Assembly: GCA_907165135.1 (NCBI GenBank)
Contig: OU015569.1
Location: 7,936,001-8,000,000, forward strand
DNA length: 64,000 nucleotides
Direction of reading: 5' to 3'
Origin: Oikopleura dioica
Taxonomy: Eukaryota; Animalia; Chordata
In this document: piece after piece, positions 25,701 through 40,613 of the stretch
Numbering within the stretch: position 1 is the stretch's first letter
Layout of the letters: the number at the start of each line of letters is the position of its first letter
The notes under the pieces: model-generated
The model's database searches: none
What the model was told of the DNA's origin: nothing
What the model saw: only the letters and a program-made list of their open reading frames with translations
Made by a program: the position numbers and the translations under genes

Positions 25701-28199
25701 CCGCTCCGTTTCGGAGAATATGTGCGCTGTCCAACTGGTTCCCAGTTTGTGTCATGAATGCTTCCATACTTGGAATGAAATCATCTTCGATTCGCGTCGA
25801 ACTAAACGTAACTTCAAGAAAGTATTACACTTTTACTAAGCTTACCTTTTTCCTGACATGTTCGGACTGTCAAGGTCATTTTCAGACTGACGCTGAAAAG
25901 TCAAAATATCCTTTTGAAAACAGATCCTCAACAACATTCTAGAAAATCTCCGAACTTATCACATGATCTGTTTTTATTTTACCTAAGCGGGGCTCGATCG
26001 AAGCTCTAGAAAATGCAAGTTCAAAATTGGAAAAGTAGCTGAATCAAGTTGAAGAACCCACCAAGCTGGCGAATTATCTCTTCACATATTCCGACGGGAG
26101 TAAATAGAATTTTAGAAATCAGCGAAATGGTAAATTGCCTGGTCAAGACTACCTTCCAATGCCCTTTAAAGTACTGTCAAGATCAATTGACAAAAAAATT
26201 TAATCCGTGCTCGTCGGAAAGATATCTCGTAAAATACAACATTCGCCGAAATTCATGAAATCGAAATATAAAAAGCGCGATCTTTGACACTGCTCGGTTT
26301 TGATGGAACGTGAGGAAGCGGCGACCTCGGCTGCCTTGAAAAAACAGAATCCTTCCGGCGCTGTGCCCTGGATCAGCCGTTTATTTTCTCGCTGCGTCTA
26401 AGGTTAACGAAGCCGCCTTTCTCGCTATTTTGAAACGTCCTGTTTCGAACACCAGTTGCTAGAAAATGACAGTGAAGTGATAGCGATAGCTATCGCCTTG
26501 TGAACCCTTGCATAATAAGTCCGCGATTCGGCTTGTCCGGTCTAAATTCCTCTTCTCTTATGAAAGCCAAAATTAAAAATAAAAATCGCCGAGCCTTCTT
26601 AAACAATTTTTTTAATTTTGCACGCTCGTTGATTTCTAAACAAAAAACTTCAGTGCCAAAAACATGCCACGTTACGAACTCTTTCTAAATCCCTTCTTTT
26701 CTTCGCAAATTTCAAAAGCAAAATTCTACATCCGGAAAATTGAACCACTAAAACCAGAGAGACAAAACGACTTTCTAGGGATCTAAGTAGTACCAAAAAC
26801 GAAATGCGGTTGCATACGTCTTCGAATACGACTGTACTTGCGATCGGCGACCTCTTCTGAATAAAATTGGGCAGTCAAAGTTGACTCACGTTGGCTATGG
26901 AAGAGCAGGCGACCAACGTCAAATTCAACGGCGACCGCTGGAAATTCATAAATCAACACCCGAGCCACATAATGGCGGAGGTAGATCAGGCTTTTATCGA
27001 TGAGCTAAGTTTGCAACGAGGGGTCTAGGTGCTCCGCGCTTTGTGTGGCAGCTGATCTATATCCAAAGTGTGATGTCTTGATGCGTGCTAAATCAGGCTC
27101 ATCAAAGCGCGTGGTGACCAATCAGTATCAAATTTTCGAGGTTATCCCCGAGTTGATGGGATGCCCAAAAAGAGCAAAGCATGTGGCCGCTGCTTTTATT
27201 GAATTTAGTGAAGTTGCAAGCGGCCCCCAATGGAGAATTCCATCCCCGAGAAGAAACTGCAAAACTATGGACGCAAACTGTCTGCGAAGAAACACCCGAG
27301 AACTCAAAAAACGCGGAAGAGTAAATCAACACACACATTCTCATTTTAAAAATTGAAATTTCAGAATCAAAAGCTGCTGCAAACAACCGAAGGAAAGATT
27401 CAATTTCAAAGATTTTGTCTTTTTTTTGGAAATTTAAAGGTTGAGCCTTGATAGACGCGCAAGGGGACGTGGAACATCAAACTAACTTTGCGTCCGCTGA
27501 TCATGTTCCCTGGCGAGGAATCGTACACATATCCCTACAGCCATCGTTATCTTAGTTCGTGTGTTTTCCGAACATGTGACATTTCCGAATTTTCATTTCG
27601 TCTAACAGCTATCTTATCTCTTCACTTCTTTGTTCACTAATCCCTCGTGTTTGCAGTCTTTCTGGTGGTTCGTTTCGGTACGAGGAGTACAGTCTCTAAA
27701 AAGTTTAATTAAAACCGGGTTCAAATGATTGAGTGACAAACTAGCGCAGGGCTCTGGAATTCGTTGATGCTTTTTCAATCTTCAGGAGGCTAAAGGTTGC
27801 GTTCAGAGGACGTTTTCACAGTCGCACAGAAGAGCTCCAATTCTATTTTCAAAGAAACAAAAAGAAAGAATCGCCGCAGAAAGAAACAAACTCCGAAATC
27901 TGCTACGCTAAAGGTTATTTGAAATTTAGTAACCTTTTCTTTGTCTGCTAGCCGTTTGGAAGCTTTTTCTAAAACATACTAGAACAGTTGACTATAAACG
28001 TGCATAGGACGTAACTTAAAGGGATCAAAAGCGGATAATCGGTTGCCCAGGAGTCGGGCCTCACCTCAGCCTATTTTCCACCAGTTTCTTCAGTTTTCTT
28101 AAGAAAAAAGCTAAACAAAAGTATTTTTTCTGAAGCTCACGTTTTCTCATTTCGTAATTATAAGTAAGCATGCGATAATTTTTTTCTCAAATTTGTATG

Positions 28200-31100
28200 A
28201 GTAAATTCGCGGCCTTAATTTGGCGAGCGAAGCTTATTCTTTTGGTGAAGCGTTTGCTAAAGCTGGGAGTTCATTTCACGAAAATCTTGATCCATTATTA
28301 TCGAAATTGAATATTCAAAGCTAAGCTTGATTTTGAAATGAATGAGCAACTGGCAATCGAATGCCAAGACGATTTCTAAGGTTGAACGAAAACACGTAAA
28401 ACGCGTTAGGTCGAGCTTGATGAATCTTCGTCAATTGAGTACACGTAACACTCATTTATCAACTTTTAGAACATTTACGAGCTGCACAGAACTAACTTCG
28501 AGGAAAGGTTCAACTAGCTGCTTACTCAGATTTAAAAATATCTTGGACGGGCGCATCGTGGCCCAAACTTCTATTTGCGGATAAACCAACTATTTTTAAC
28601 GCGAATTAATCTGGGGGAAACATAACGTAATGAAAGGTGCCTAACGTGTTCGATATTCCAAGCTATAAAAATAAACCGACAAAAGAGAAGCCATCTGATC
28701 TCATCTGCTGCTGCCCAGCAAGGACCCCTTACTCATGTTATCAGCCGAATCAATCGATGGTAAGCCAACATTTTTGATATTTTTGATAAAATATGTTTCA
28801 GCGACATCTTCCCTGTTATTATTGGGCCAGTTTCATCGTACTCACTCAATCGAGTGATCCCTTTCACCTCCTTGTTTTTGGATTTGCGAATTATTAGAGC
28901 GACTAACATATCCTTAAATTATACACATGAGCGCGAAACAACGTGCGCTCTCCTGCAGGAGCTTCGGAAAATTTCTCGATTGAAGCAAAGCCTGACTATT
29001 AACCACTCGAGTCATTTCTCAAACTTGGCATGAGATAGATCGACTTCATTATTTGATATAATTTGCAAAGCCAGACTTAGTTTAACATCCTCACGATCAG
29101 CCCCGGTGGAATGTCTTCCCAACTTCGCAACGTAAGTGCAAGTGATCGTCTTTAAGACCGTCTTACTAATAGTAATAATCATTTGGGTAGAATGCGGATG
29201 TAATAGATGAAGACCGCGACATCGGACATTTGGTACGAGTAGGAGTCAGCGCTCAGAAATATGGGATCGCACTCTTTCACGTTACGCAGAAGTACAACTG
29301 GACGAAGAACTTTGTGCTAAACACATTGCAGGGGCCTGGAGTAAGTCACTTTCTCCGTTATCAGGCCATTCGAGAGTCGAGCTCAGCTGCCCATTTCAGT
29401 AAGCAACACTTTTCAGATCGACTACCGAGAGACTAACGAGGTGTCTGATTTCCTGGCTCAAGGAATTTACGACGGCATGGCCGACCAGTTTAGCTATACA
29501 AATCTTACCTTCAAACATATACGCTTTTACAACAGCCAGGCAATTGACGACGAGAAACACCGTCTTTACTGCGATCCTGCAAACTGCCCCCAGTCAGAAG
29601 AACAGTGCATGAAAAAGTGCTGCGAATCATTCGACTATAAGGATGAGCTCGATATCTTGCTATTTGTAATCATATTAAATGGTTCATAGCAATTTTAGAA
29701 CAGCTTAGTAGAAAGTATATCGAACCCTTGAGAATAGAAGTACCTAGAAAGAATCAGAAGTGAAGGTCGTATTATCATCATCACAGGTCCGGGCTACTTC
29801 AGTATCCTTTCAAAAAGATTACTCAAAGCCTCGCCAAGAAAATGCGTTATTTTCTTGATCCACGTAGATGATTATTTTGAATTTATATGTGATTATGAGT
29901 TTTTCTAAAGCCCCTTTCTTAGCTGACTACGGACTTGAGAAATGTGACTATCTTGGCGATTTCTTCGAAGCTGCATGGCAGGCGTGGCTTTTCTCGATTT
30001 TTCCAGTACAGTCTGTAGTCGAGACTCTTGAGTCAAGAAACAAGGGTTTGTATTTTGTTTCGATGTTTCTCATCGAACAAATTGCACCAGATCGCCTCTG
30101 TAAGCATAAACTTGCTCATAATCATCAGTCATATACTCATTAATAATGAAGAAAGATTAATCAAGTCAAACTTACGGAAAGCCGCGAAAAGGAAGGATTC
30201 TGGGACGAGGATGGCCACTCCGAGTTTGTTTTCATCCTTATTGATTTCCAAGAGCTCGACATTGACAGACTCCAAGAAAAGCTGCCAGTAAGCCAGGCAC
30301 GCAGTTTTCGTTTTGTGGAGTGTCGCAACTTTCGCTAATGTTTCTTCAGTAAATACAATGAACGTGATCGGACCGACGTTATCGCCGATCACTGATAATA
30401 ATTATACCATCGCGCACTTCTTAGCATGAACATAGACTGTTGATTTCAGCACTAACTGCTTGTGTGGCATTTCTTGAACAGAGTTTTTGACTGTATTTTG
30501 GCGTGGCCTAACGCGAGGCGACTCCCTCGATTAACGAACATACCGCGCGGTTTAATTTCGACAAAAGGATTTCTTCTAGCTCGAGTCACCTATTCGAACG
30601 CTAGGAATGAGCCGCGAGGCCCGAAAGTGGTCACACATATTCCAGTCGATGGTTATTCTGCGGCCACAGAGACCCTCTGGGCCGAAATTTGACAAATTCG
30701 CGAAAGTAAGTATAGCCAAGCTAGAATTCTTACTCAGCCCATTATCATAACAAGGGAGCCCCTCGTAGTCTCCAAACAGTAAGGTTCTTTTGCTTATATT
30801 GCCTTGAAGACTTATCAAGATATTATTTTTCGGGACGTGGTGAAGCCACAGCGCGCTTGCTTATCAAAAGAAAGCTTTTAATCGAAAGAACTAAACCAGC
30901 GCGATTTGCATTTCGATCAGCTAAAGATCGCCACGTTTCCTAATACCTCACTTCCGCGCTTAGCTAATACTACATGCCAAAAGTAATACTGTAATCGGTT
31001 CAAAGAAACACGTTTTTTTAGGAATTGTGGGAATTTACCAAGAAACGCAAACACAAGATCGAGTCTCATGCGCGCTACTTCAACGACAGCCACACAATCG

Positions 31101-34100
31101 AAAAGCTCGAGGAGTTTAATGCTTTCGAGAGCTACTTCGACCCGCGAAGGAATCTCTATCTCGGATACACCTATGATTCCATTAAACTTTACGAGACTGT
31201 TCTCAAGCGCTTCTTCGACTCCAGTGATTCAACCATAGCTGACGTTTTCCTAAACACAAACGGTTTCATGGTGGCACCTAGGGGTAAGACTAGTCTTTTC
31301 GTGAATACTAGCTTTCGTAGCTTAATTAATTAATAATACAAAAACAATTAAGGTCTTGCTGCGGTCAAGCAATACATTCGCGGCAAGAAATTTCCTTCCG
31401 TCATGAGCGAGAGCGACTTCCGAATCGATGAACATGGAGGAATGTTGTCGTAAATATCGCGTCCCAAAGTCAACTTGCGCCTTCTTGCGCCTTGACAGTG
31501 CCAATTTTCGAATTTCGCATGAATTTCGTGCTCCAAAGAAAGACTACTTTCATTCAAATCTCGGTTTGATTAAGATGCACCTTATCGATATTAGAGGTGG
31601 TCTAGAATTTAGTTTTTCATGATGCAACGGAAAGCTGATAAGTGGCTTATTATCTTCAAGTAAAAATTCAGTTAATGACACAACTTCCTGAATCTTTTTA
31701 CTAGTAGAGATCATTTTGCGAGAAGAAGCCAGTTCATTTTTTCGAAATTATTCTTAAATTTGACTATCAATCATAAACATGCATAAATGAGCACGGCCCG
31801 ATCGGAGTATCGCAATATTCAAACATTTCAATATTCTTGAAAAGACAGAGACATCGACTTCGAGTTTCTGAGCTTCAATGGTGGCCATTTTGAGCGATCA
31901 GGCATTTTCATCGGCGAGATGAGCAAGTACGAGATCCAAAGGCATATTCGATTCAACACCAAAGACGGTCTGCCTCCTTTGGACACGCCGAAATGCGGTT
32001 TTCTGGGAGAGAAGTGCAAGAAACTCTGTAAGTCAGCGCCGTTTCCTGTAATTAGCTCCGATTGCATCAGAGCAGTTGTTTACTTTAAAAGAAACGAAAG
32101 GGTCTCTTTCCATTTTCGGGAAAGGAAGAGACTGGCCTCGTTGGAGACTCTCACGGTCCCGCGGTCACATTCCGGGTCCTCTGAGGCGTCTTTTTCAAAC
32201 GTTCTCTTTTGACGTCACGTGATGCCACTATTTGTGCATTGAATCTCGCTAGACACCTTTTCCTCTTATGCATTCCAAGCATTTCTTATAAACAGAGTCG
32301 CTTACCAACATTCTCAGTAACCAAGACGCAACTCATGTTGATCGTTACTGGCTGCGTAATACTGGTGCTCCTGTTGACTGTTGCCTACATCACCCGACTG
32401 TATATTCACGAGAAGCAATTGTCCAACGAGTGGTGGCGCATTCATTGGCACGATCTCGAAATGGAGAACGAAATTAATGACTACGACAGGCAGCTCCAGA
32501 ACAAGTCTTTCAAGGAAGGGTGACTTTTGATTACTCTCACTCTTGAGTTTACTTATACTGAACCGCAGCGTAAATCTTGCGTAATGCTAGAGTATGCGAC
32601 ACTGAATAGGCGCATAAATCTTGATTGCATGAGCTTGGCCGCTTATTCGGCTTTATTGCAATGCATGAGGGAAACCAGTATAAGGTTTAGGGTTGGGGGC
32701 AGCTCGAATGATTACCCCTACTAGCATTTAGATTTCGCAAGTGATGGAGCTTTTCATTCTTAATTATGACATAAGGGATTGTGGACTTTCTGGAAAATAA
32801 ATGAAATGCACGTCGAGTTCCGCTGAGCTGCCAATTTGGGTGGCTGATAAAAGGTTTTGTCGGTTTTCATTGACCTCGGGGATAACGTCATCCCGCAACT
32901 CGCAACCTACCAGGTGTGTTTGGCTTACCGATCCCCTCGCTTGAAGGGTATAATACAGGCACTCCATTTACTAATTCTATTCCTCGTCTGTCCCACTTTA
33001 GCGTTTTGAGCTTCTGCCGGCTTGTCCTTGACGCTAGTCCTCAGTTATTGCTGTTTTTATACATAAAATGTCCTCAGGAGGCCATATTGGAAGTAGAAGT
33101 ATCCTTGCTTATAATTACACGTAGCTTCGGAAAAACGCTGTCCAAACTTTCAAAGAGAGACTTCTAATCGTTTGTTAAAATAGTCTTAAAATGTGAAAAC
33201 AAGATTTTTCTAGCGTGCGAATGATTCGAAAAGATTGAAAAATAATTTTAAAAACTTATGAAAATTGGCGTTTCTTTTTCCTTTCTGATAATCGTTGTGA
33301 AATTACAAAATTAAAACAGGTCCCAAAGTGGCGGAGTGTATTTTTACCGAGTCTGAGCAGCTTAATCGGCCAAAAATCATTTGCCAAGGTGTTTTTTATT
33401 GGGTCGCTTAGCCGCCGACTCAAGAAGGTTTTACTGGAGCTTTAAATTTGGTCCAAGAACGGACGTCATCCTTTTCAGCAAATGGACTTTTACGGTGGAG
33501 ACGAAATTAGCCAACGATTTGGAAACTTTTACGCCTTCAGGGTTGGGTTCTTAATCCATCAAATTATTTAATGAGGATTGTATACTTCTAAACATAATCA
33601 ACTTTTGAACTCAAATCTCAGCGGGTCAATGACAGGCCTCGGTAAGATTGCGTTCGCGGCCGGATACGCAAGACGAAATATTTCCTTCAGACTCGCGCTA
33701 TCGACTGACCGATTACTTGCCAAGTTCCAAAGCTCAAACGCTGGTTTGTCGCTTCCGGGACAAAAACACAGCCGTCAAAATGCTCCCTTATCTTCAAAAG
33801 GTCGAGCTTTCTCGTCAGCAGCAGCTAGAATTCAAGGCGGTAAGTAAATGGAGTAAGAACCATTAGAAATATCAATTACTCTTCTGACAGCGCTTGTGAA
33901 CGGCATTTTTAAGAGTGTTAATTTGGGGATACAACTCATTCTGGGCATTCTTTTTCTCAGCCAAATTTGAAGTTAGCTTTAAAAATTTCAACCAGAAGTA
34001 ATTCTTCTAGGCGAAAGCGATGCTCTTTATTTAGAGGGACGTGAAGAAAGCAAAAGGCTTACATAATAAAGCCTCTGAGATACATAAAGTAGCCAGAAAA

Positions 34101-36924
34101 TAGGCATCGAAGGTGCTGGATTCTCAACCGAGCTGCCAAATTGACACGAGCCCTTGCTCACTGACTCGTAATTAGCATATTCTCACAGCATGGGGCTCTA
34201 AACAGAGCGTCACTTGCCGGTTCCCACCGCCCATTTTCGCCTGAAAGTGACGAGCAGTTAGCGGCATTGCCCAGCAGATGAGTCCGGGCGGTTCCTTAAA
34301 CCAGCTTCTTTCTTGCGTCAGCTTCTGGGGCGGACACTTTGTGTAGCGGTCTCTCAGCTGCTGGAAAACACGCACCGCTCCATGAGTACACTACCTAATT
34401 TCAGTTCAGATCAAAGACATCTACAGTGAACATCTCGTGCATTTTATCGGCGTCTGTATTGACTCCCCGAACGTGTGCATCCTCAGCGAGCATTGCAAGG
34501 AACGCCGGTTGCGCAATTCGAACTCACTTTTAACACTTAATACGAAACCGGTTATAGTGGGGCTCTTTGTACGATATTCTTGAATGTTCCGACTTTCGAT
34601 TCGATCTTGTTTTCCAGCTCTCATTGATAGGGGACTTGGTTGCTGGAATGAGCTACCTGCATCAGAGCGAAATCGGCGTTCACGGCTATTTGAAGTCAAA
34701 AACTGTCTCGTAGACATCCGATTTTGTCTCAAAATTGGTGATTACGGACTTCCAAGGTGACAAGATTTTTCATCTTTTGAATCAAAAGTTTTGATTAATC
34801 AAATTAAAGTCTTCGAAACGCTAAGAAGTACTGGGATCATCCAGTTGATGCACAGAGTCTTCTATGGACAGCTCCGGAGATTCTGAGAAAGCTTGTTGGC
34901 GAAAACGACAAAAAATCACAATTTTATGGGACGCAAAAAGGAGACGTCTACAGTTTTGGCATAATTCTTCACGAAATCCTTTTCCGCAAAGGTAAGACAA
35001 ACCAACGATATTCGAGCTAAATTTATCCAAGGCCCATTCTATTTGGAAGATGAAGAAGCCCAGCCAAGAACACTAGAATTGAGCCACATTCTAGCCCAAG
35101 TGGCGCAAGTGAAGAGCTGGCCTCAGCCTCATGGTGAGAATTAAACTAGATTACCTATTAACCTAAACGTATTCTAATCAGCTGATTCAGATTGTGAAGA
35201 GATTGAACCGCTCAGACCCAGCTTTATTCAAGAGATCGATATTGACGACGAGTTAAAAAATATTATCACACAATGCTGGGAAGAAGATGAAGAGGCTAGA
35301 CCAACTTTTAGTCAGCTTAGCTAGGGATCTGATAAATAGAGTCATTTTTAGATAATAATTCAAACATTAATAGGATATTTGGTGAAGAAAAGAAACCAGT
35401 TTTGCTTTGACCCCTTTAAAGCTCACTCGTGAAAAAATATCGCTCAAAGAAGACTGGAAGTGCCTCCGGAAATCTAGTCACTGATTTGGTGGAACGTTTA
35501 GGGCAGTGGTCTTCAAACTTAGAAGCAATCGTAGAGGAAAGAACACAGGGCTATCTTCAGGAAAAGGAAAAAACAGAGAATCTTCTGAATGAGATTTTAC
35601 CTCGGCCAGTTGCCACCAAGGTAAACTCCTTCGTTGCGAGAGAAGTTCTCTCGAGGAGCCATAACCGTTGAAAACTTATCAAGCTTAAATTTTTAGCTTA
35701 TCAATGGCGAGCCCGTTCAACCCGAGGCATTTGGCTGTGTGACGATCTTCTTCTCTGGTAGAGACAACGTCGGCTCGGCGCTTATCGAATGTTATTCTGA
35801 ATTCTAGATATCGTCGGCTTCACGGCGCTTGCCAGCGCGTCCAAACCGCACGAGGTCTGCCAAATGCTCAATGATCTATACACGCTCTTCGACGCCATTA
35901 TTGACGGCTTCGATGTTTATAAGGAGAGGCTCCATCGAATTAATGTATCTTAAATATTGGAAATAGTGGAATAAACTAAGCTGGAATCAGAATAGTAAAC
36001 GATACTCGGAAGGGTCAGCTTCCCCACAAGAGTTGTTGTTTTTTGCAATTAAGATGCTGATTCGCCTCGCGAAGATGTTTAGACTAGTCCGAAGAGGCTT
36101 GTTTTCATAGACGCCAGCTCTGTTGCCTTTTCCATCAGATGCAATCACCTAAGAGAGGCAAGATGAGCTCACGTTCGAAATGCCGATCCAAAAGAACATT
36201 TTTTGAGTAAACCGAGGATTAGATAGCCTTTTGCAGGCTATAAATAAGCAAAAGCGTTTTTGACATAAAATTGAGCCCATGAAAAGGTGGAGACCATTGG
36301 AGATGCGTACATGCTTGTGTCAGGTCTTCCAACGCGTAATGGAGATCACCACGTCGAGCAAATTTGTCTATGTGCTCTTGCGCTCTTACAGAATGTTCAA
36401 GGAAATTTTAAAATTCATCATCGACCACAAGAGCAACTAAAGGATGCGGTTCAGACACTCAGACCACTTTTCGAGAGTATTTCCAGCTGTAAAGTCCTCA
36501 AAAATCATAATGCTGCATGGTATAGTCTCAGCCGAGAAAAGCTCCGAATCGGCATTCATTCAGGCCCATGTGTAGCCGGCGTAGTTGGAAAGAAGATGCC
36601 ACGCTACTGTCTCTTTGGTGATACGGTCAACACTTCTAACAGAATGGAATCGAGCGGCTTACGTAAAATAGTCAAGTTTATCTTTAACAATTTTTTCTAG
36701 CTTTGAAAATTCATCTCTCGCCCAAGTCCCATGATATACTAGAGAATTCATTCCCGTCGAAGTTTATTACTGAGCTGCGTGGCCCTGTTGAAATGAAAGG
36801 CAAAGGGAAGGTGACGACGTATTGGCTGCTGGGAACTGATTCTGGACCATTTGATGAACCGAAATGGGAAAATAAGCAGGATGGCGAGCAATTCGTCGAT
36901 CATCCAAAGTTTGACTCAGGTTAA
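28200..36924 (+). CDS. receptor (membrane) guanylyl cyclase, NPR-like
   Basis: ANF-receptor-like ectodomain ([13 protein letters not shown]; [11 protein letters not shown]), [22 protein letters not shown], kinase-homology domain (HGYLKSKNCLVD; KIGDYGL), helical linker [10 protein letters not shown] and cyclase SDIVGF...VETIGDAY...GIHSG...[11 protein letters not shown]. The start is unresolved and an extra 3' exon (~37080-37212) is possible. Confidence 0.92.
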
Positions 36925-37713
36925 AAAATATCACCTTTAGTCTCACTAAACTAATCTCGCAAGAAGTACAAGATAAGTTTTCTGGCTCTTATTTAAAAGG
37001 AAGAGTTTCGATAAAACTCGCCCTATCAAGTTTCCGAGATAAACAGGAATACTACTTACCTCAATAAAGTAGGTAATTTAGCGATATCGATGACTCCTAT
37101 CCCTCACCGAGCGGTGACAAATCTCATGCGCAACAGAATATCAAAGAGCGGCTCTCCTCAAGTCACCCGTTCTCCTCGGCTCAAAGACATAGTTTCACAT
37201 TCCTTTTCTTAAACTCAAACATCTTCTGTACAAGGCCTCAATGATTAGGATATTTTCTGAGAAAAGATAAACCTGTATGCATAAAATAAATCAATCACGG
37301 ATGCGGTATAACGAGATATGACGCTATAAACTTTGATAATTATCCAGCTTATGGTGACACTATGTATGTTGTAATCACGGTGCCGTTTTTACCCATTAAA
37401 AAACAGAGATATTGACAACATCGAAAGCAAGCTTCTTTTCTTTCAATTGAATTTATCTTTATATTTAATAATTTATTGTCTGTTTGAACAACTGTAATAA
37501 TTTCTTTAAATTGCATATTTACAAGTATGAAAGTGGTTTAATGAGATAGGTAAACTTCCGATTTACGTACGAGGTCTTTGGCGAGTACCCACTGAGTATG
37601 AATTATCGGGCAAAGAGTATTTGGTGGTGGAGGTGGAGCGAAAGAAACAAACAAAAAATGGTGAAATAAGAGAGGTAAGATTTCGGAAAGTAACATGTCA
37701 CTTGAAAATGAAG

Positions 37714-39552
37714 TCATCTGTCGTCCTGTTCTTGAAGAAACTGGTCTAGCACTTGTTGAATTATTGCGACCTTTTCGAGATCACCTTTCTTGCGAGCTCT
37801 CTCTACAAATAAATATCTTTGATAAGTTCTAAGAGGCACTTACCAATATCTTTGAGAAGGAACTCGATTTGCACATCCTTCTCGTCCTTTTCGACTTCGA
37901 AAATGTTCTCGATTCGGGGAGACATTTGAATCTTGTCGCTTTTCTCGGAAACGTTTGAGGAAGAGTCGTTTGCGAAGGGATTGAGCTCGTTGTCGTAATT
38001 GTCGTTTTCATCTTCGAAGGGATTCGCAGGAGGATCCTCGCTTTTGCGGCTAGGGATTCGGAAAGGATCCGTTCCGGAGCTTTTATGGCTGTTTACGTTT
38101 ACTACATTGATACGATTTGCCGCAGGCTCAGGCGAAGCGGTCCGTATCGGGGAAGATGAGTGTGCTGGCGTCGACGGAACAGATGAGAAGGGGGAGTTGC
38201 GTGGGGAAGACTGAGACTCGTTTGTAAGTATTAAACTTTTAAAGTTTACCTTCGAAGAAGCGACACTAGAATTAGTTTTGGATGATAGATCGAGCTGGGC
38301 GCGTCTTGAAATCATTTCCAGCTTCGTATCGTGAAGAATGAGCGAAGTTACGCGCTGCAAGCCACGAACGAGTCGATCGTCGGCGTCGATAATGTTGCCA
38401 ATTTGCTGACTCAACCGTTCCAACTTACGCATTTCCGTTTCAAGCTTGGAAACAAGTTCCTAAAAGTCTTATTAAATAATAATAATAATAATTTATAATA
38501 ATTATAAATATTGCATTTGAAAACTAGTCTATGTGAAATTCGAACAGTTCGACTGATTATTAGTGATTAAAATTTTTAAAGAGGCTCCCCACCTTGAAGT
38601 AAATTGGCTCTCTGGTGTGATACTGCAATTCGCTTGTCAGCCTGCCAATTTCTGACTTGACTTTGGCCCACCTGGCATACACTTTGAAAATGATAGATTC
38701 GGATTCTTTGTGACTTGTCTTCGTGCCAATTTTAGCGATTTCTAGAAAGCAGAACTCGCAAACTCTAACCGCCGCGTTTGGATCCACAAGCTCTGAATTT
38801 AACTCAGCTGAGATCGCCTCCGCCAGCGCGTCGTAACGGAGCTGTTGGCAGCAATCTGTGCACACCAAAGCTCCACAGGTTCTACAGTGATGACGCCTAA
38901 CACGCATTTGAGAATCGATCGTATAGCCCATAAAATACCTTGAAAGAAGAAGGGCAGATTGAATGCCGAAACTCAAGCCACAGTTCATACAAATTGGAAC
39001 GTCGGAGTCAGGAACCCAAAATACGATTTTCTGTTCCTCGACGCGACGCTCAGCTTCAGGAATGTGTGCAATCGAAATCAAGTTTGAGAGCTTCGTCGAC
39101 AAAGAACTTGGCCGAGATGAAACAGTACTTTAAAGAATAGATTGACTTGATCACCACTAACAAAATTACCTCTGCATTGAAGAACGCTTTCGATGAAATA
39201 AGCTAGTAAGGTCGTTTGATAAAACGGGCTCCTGCCGAGTCCAGAGCGAGGGATCGACGCCGCCAGTCCTTGTGAGCAGAGAATTGTCATCGAGAATTCG
39301 TTTTCGCTCTTCTTCTTCGCGTGTTACTGCTTTCGCCGAAAGTAGCTCCGAGTTTTCTCGCTTGAATAACTTCTTGATATTGTTCAGGGGCTTTTCCTTC
39401 ACGTGGATTTTCTGGGACAGGAATTTTTAAAGTGAAGCGAAAAAAGTAAAAATTCTTTATGAGATAAAAATTCGATCCTGAAAATGCTGAACGAGGCCAT
39501 CAACTGAACCCAAATCGATTCGACATTCTGGACAGATGAATCCAGCATCCAT
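37714..39552 (-). CDS. RBSN: rabenosyn-5 (C2H2, FYVE, NPF motifs, Rab-binding domain)
   Basis: GFICPEC...HFQKIH zinc finger, FYVE WVPD...RRHHCRTCG...RVCEFC, NPF motifs and C-terminal QIEFLLKDIERARKKGDLEKV. Confidence 0.85.
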
Positions 39553-39679
39553 CTGAAACCATCAGTTTATGTGCTTTATGAGTATTTATTTGAATTCAGC
39601 AGGTTAGATTGACATGTAAATGAAAAAAAAGACTGTAATATCACAAGAACACGCGAGGTGGAAAAATATGTCGACGTGT

Positions 39680-40366
39680 TTAGCTGGATGGTTTGGGATC
39701 ACCGTTCTCGGTTATTAGATCTTCCTCTTTAAGGTACTGGATGTACTGCTCCTCGGTCATCAAAGAAGAGACTTCTGAGTCATCTGAATACTTCGTCAAT
39801 TTGGACAGAGAAAAGAAAAACTCACCGTTTACAATCATTTTCAAGATCCAGCCTTTTCCAAAGGGATCTCTGTTGATCAGTTGGGGCTTTCCTGAGTCCG
39901 GGCAAATGGCTTTTTGCGAGTTTTACAATAAAAAAGCTCTAATCATTAATGAAGAGCGTGCCCTGATGGTAGAACTAGTTCCCTTTGTTAACTTCGTGAA
40001 CGGTGCCAGAAAGGGGCGCGTAAATTGTAGCTACTGATTTGACGGATTCGACCGTTCCGATTTCGTCTAGAAGCAAATTTTAGTTTCCTTGAAAAAGCTC
40101 AAAGCAACGAACCATCTTTAACAACCTCCTCATTAAGTCTATCGATCTCGACCATCACGAAGTCGCCATACGAGTCCTGCGCATAGTCAGAAAGACCTAC
40201 TTTGAAGTGCGTCGCGTTCTTCGTTTCTTTTTGGACCCAGTAATGATCTCTCGTGTATAATATGGAAGTCAGTCTAAAGATGAAATTAATTTTAGCAAAA
40301 GGATAACAACTATCACCTGTACTGAGATTTCAAATGAGCGGAAGTTCTCAAGGCCGTCCGCAACAT
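39680..40366 (-). CDS. GCSH: glycine cleavage system H protein
   Basis: Transit-like MLRTALRTS, then YTRDHYWV...VGLSDYAQDSYGD, lipoyl motif GTVESVKSVATIYAPLSG, INRDPFGKGWILKM and LMTEEQY. Confidence 0.92.
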
Positions 40367-40613
40367 TTTCTTAAAACGCAAGATGAGGTCTTTGTTGTTT
40401 TAAATGCTTAGATAAATACAGAATAAAGGAAATTGAACACGATCTGCGGGCTCTGAAAAAAATCATAGTCGATTCAAATCAGCCACCGAAATACTACCGA
40501 TAGATAACAAAACCTTTCATGAATGGGCAATCGAAAGAGTTTTCGGCATCTTTGGTGAGTTCGAGAATGTTGAAGTGTGTAAATGAAGATTTCAAAGAGG
40601 GTTCTGTAGTTAA

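Noticed and set aside
26780-27400. Coding-looking segments upstream of the cyclase (27045-27356 and others)
   Set aside because: Splice phases did not join without stops and no domain was recognised.
38476-38512. (AAT)n microsatellite
   Set aside because: Ordinary low-complexity intron sequence in RBSN.
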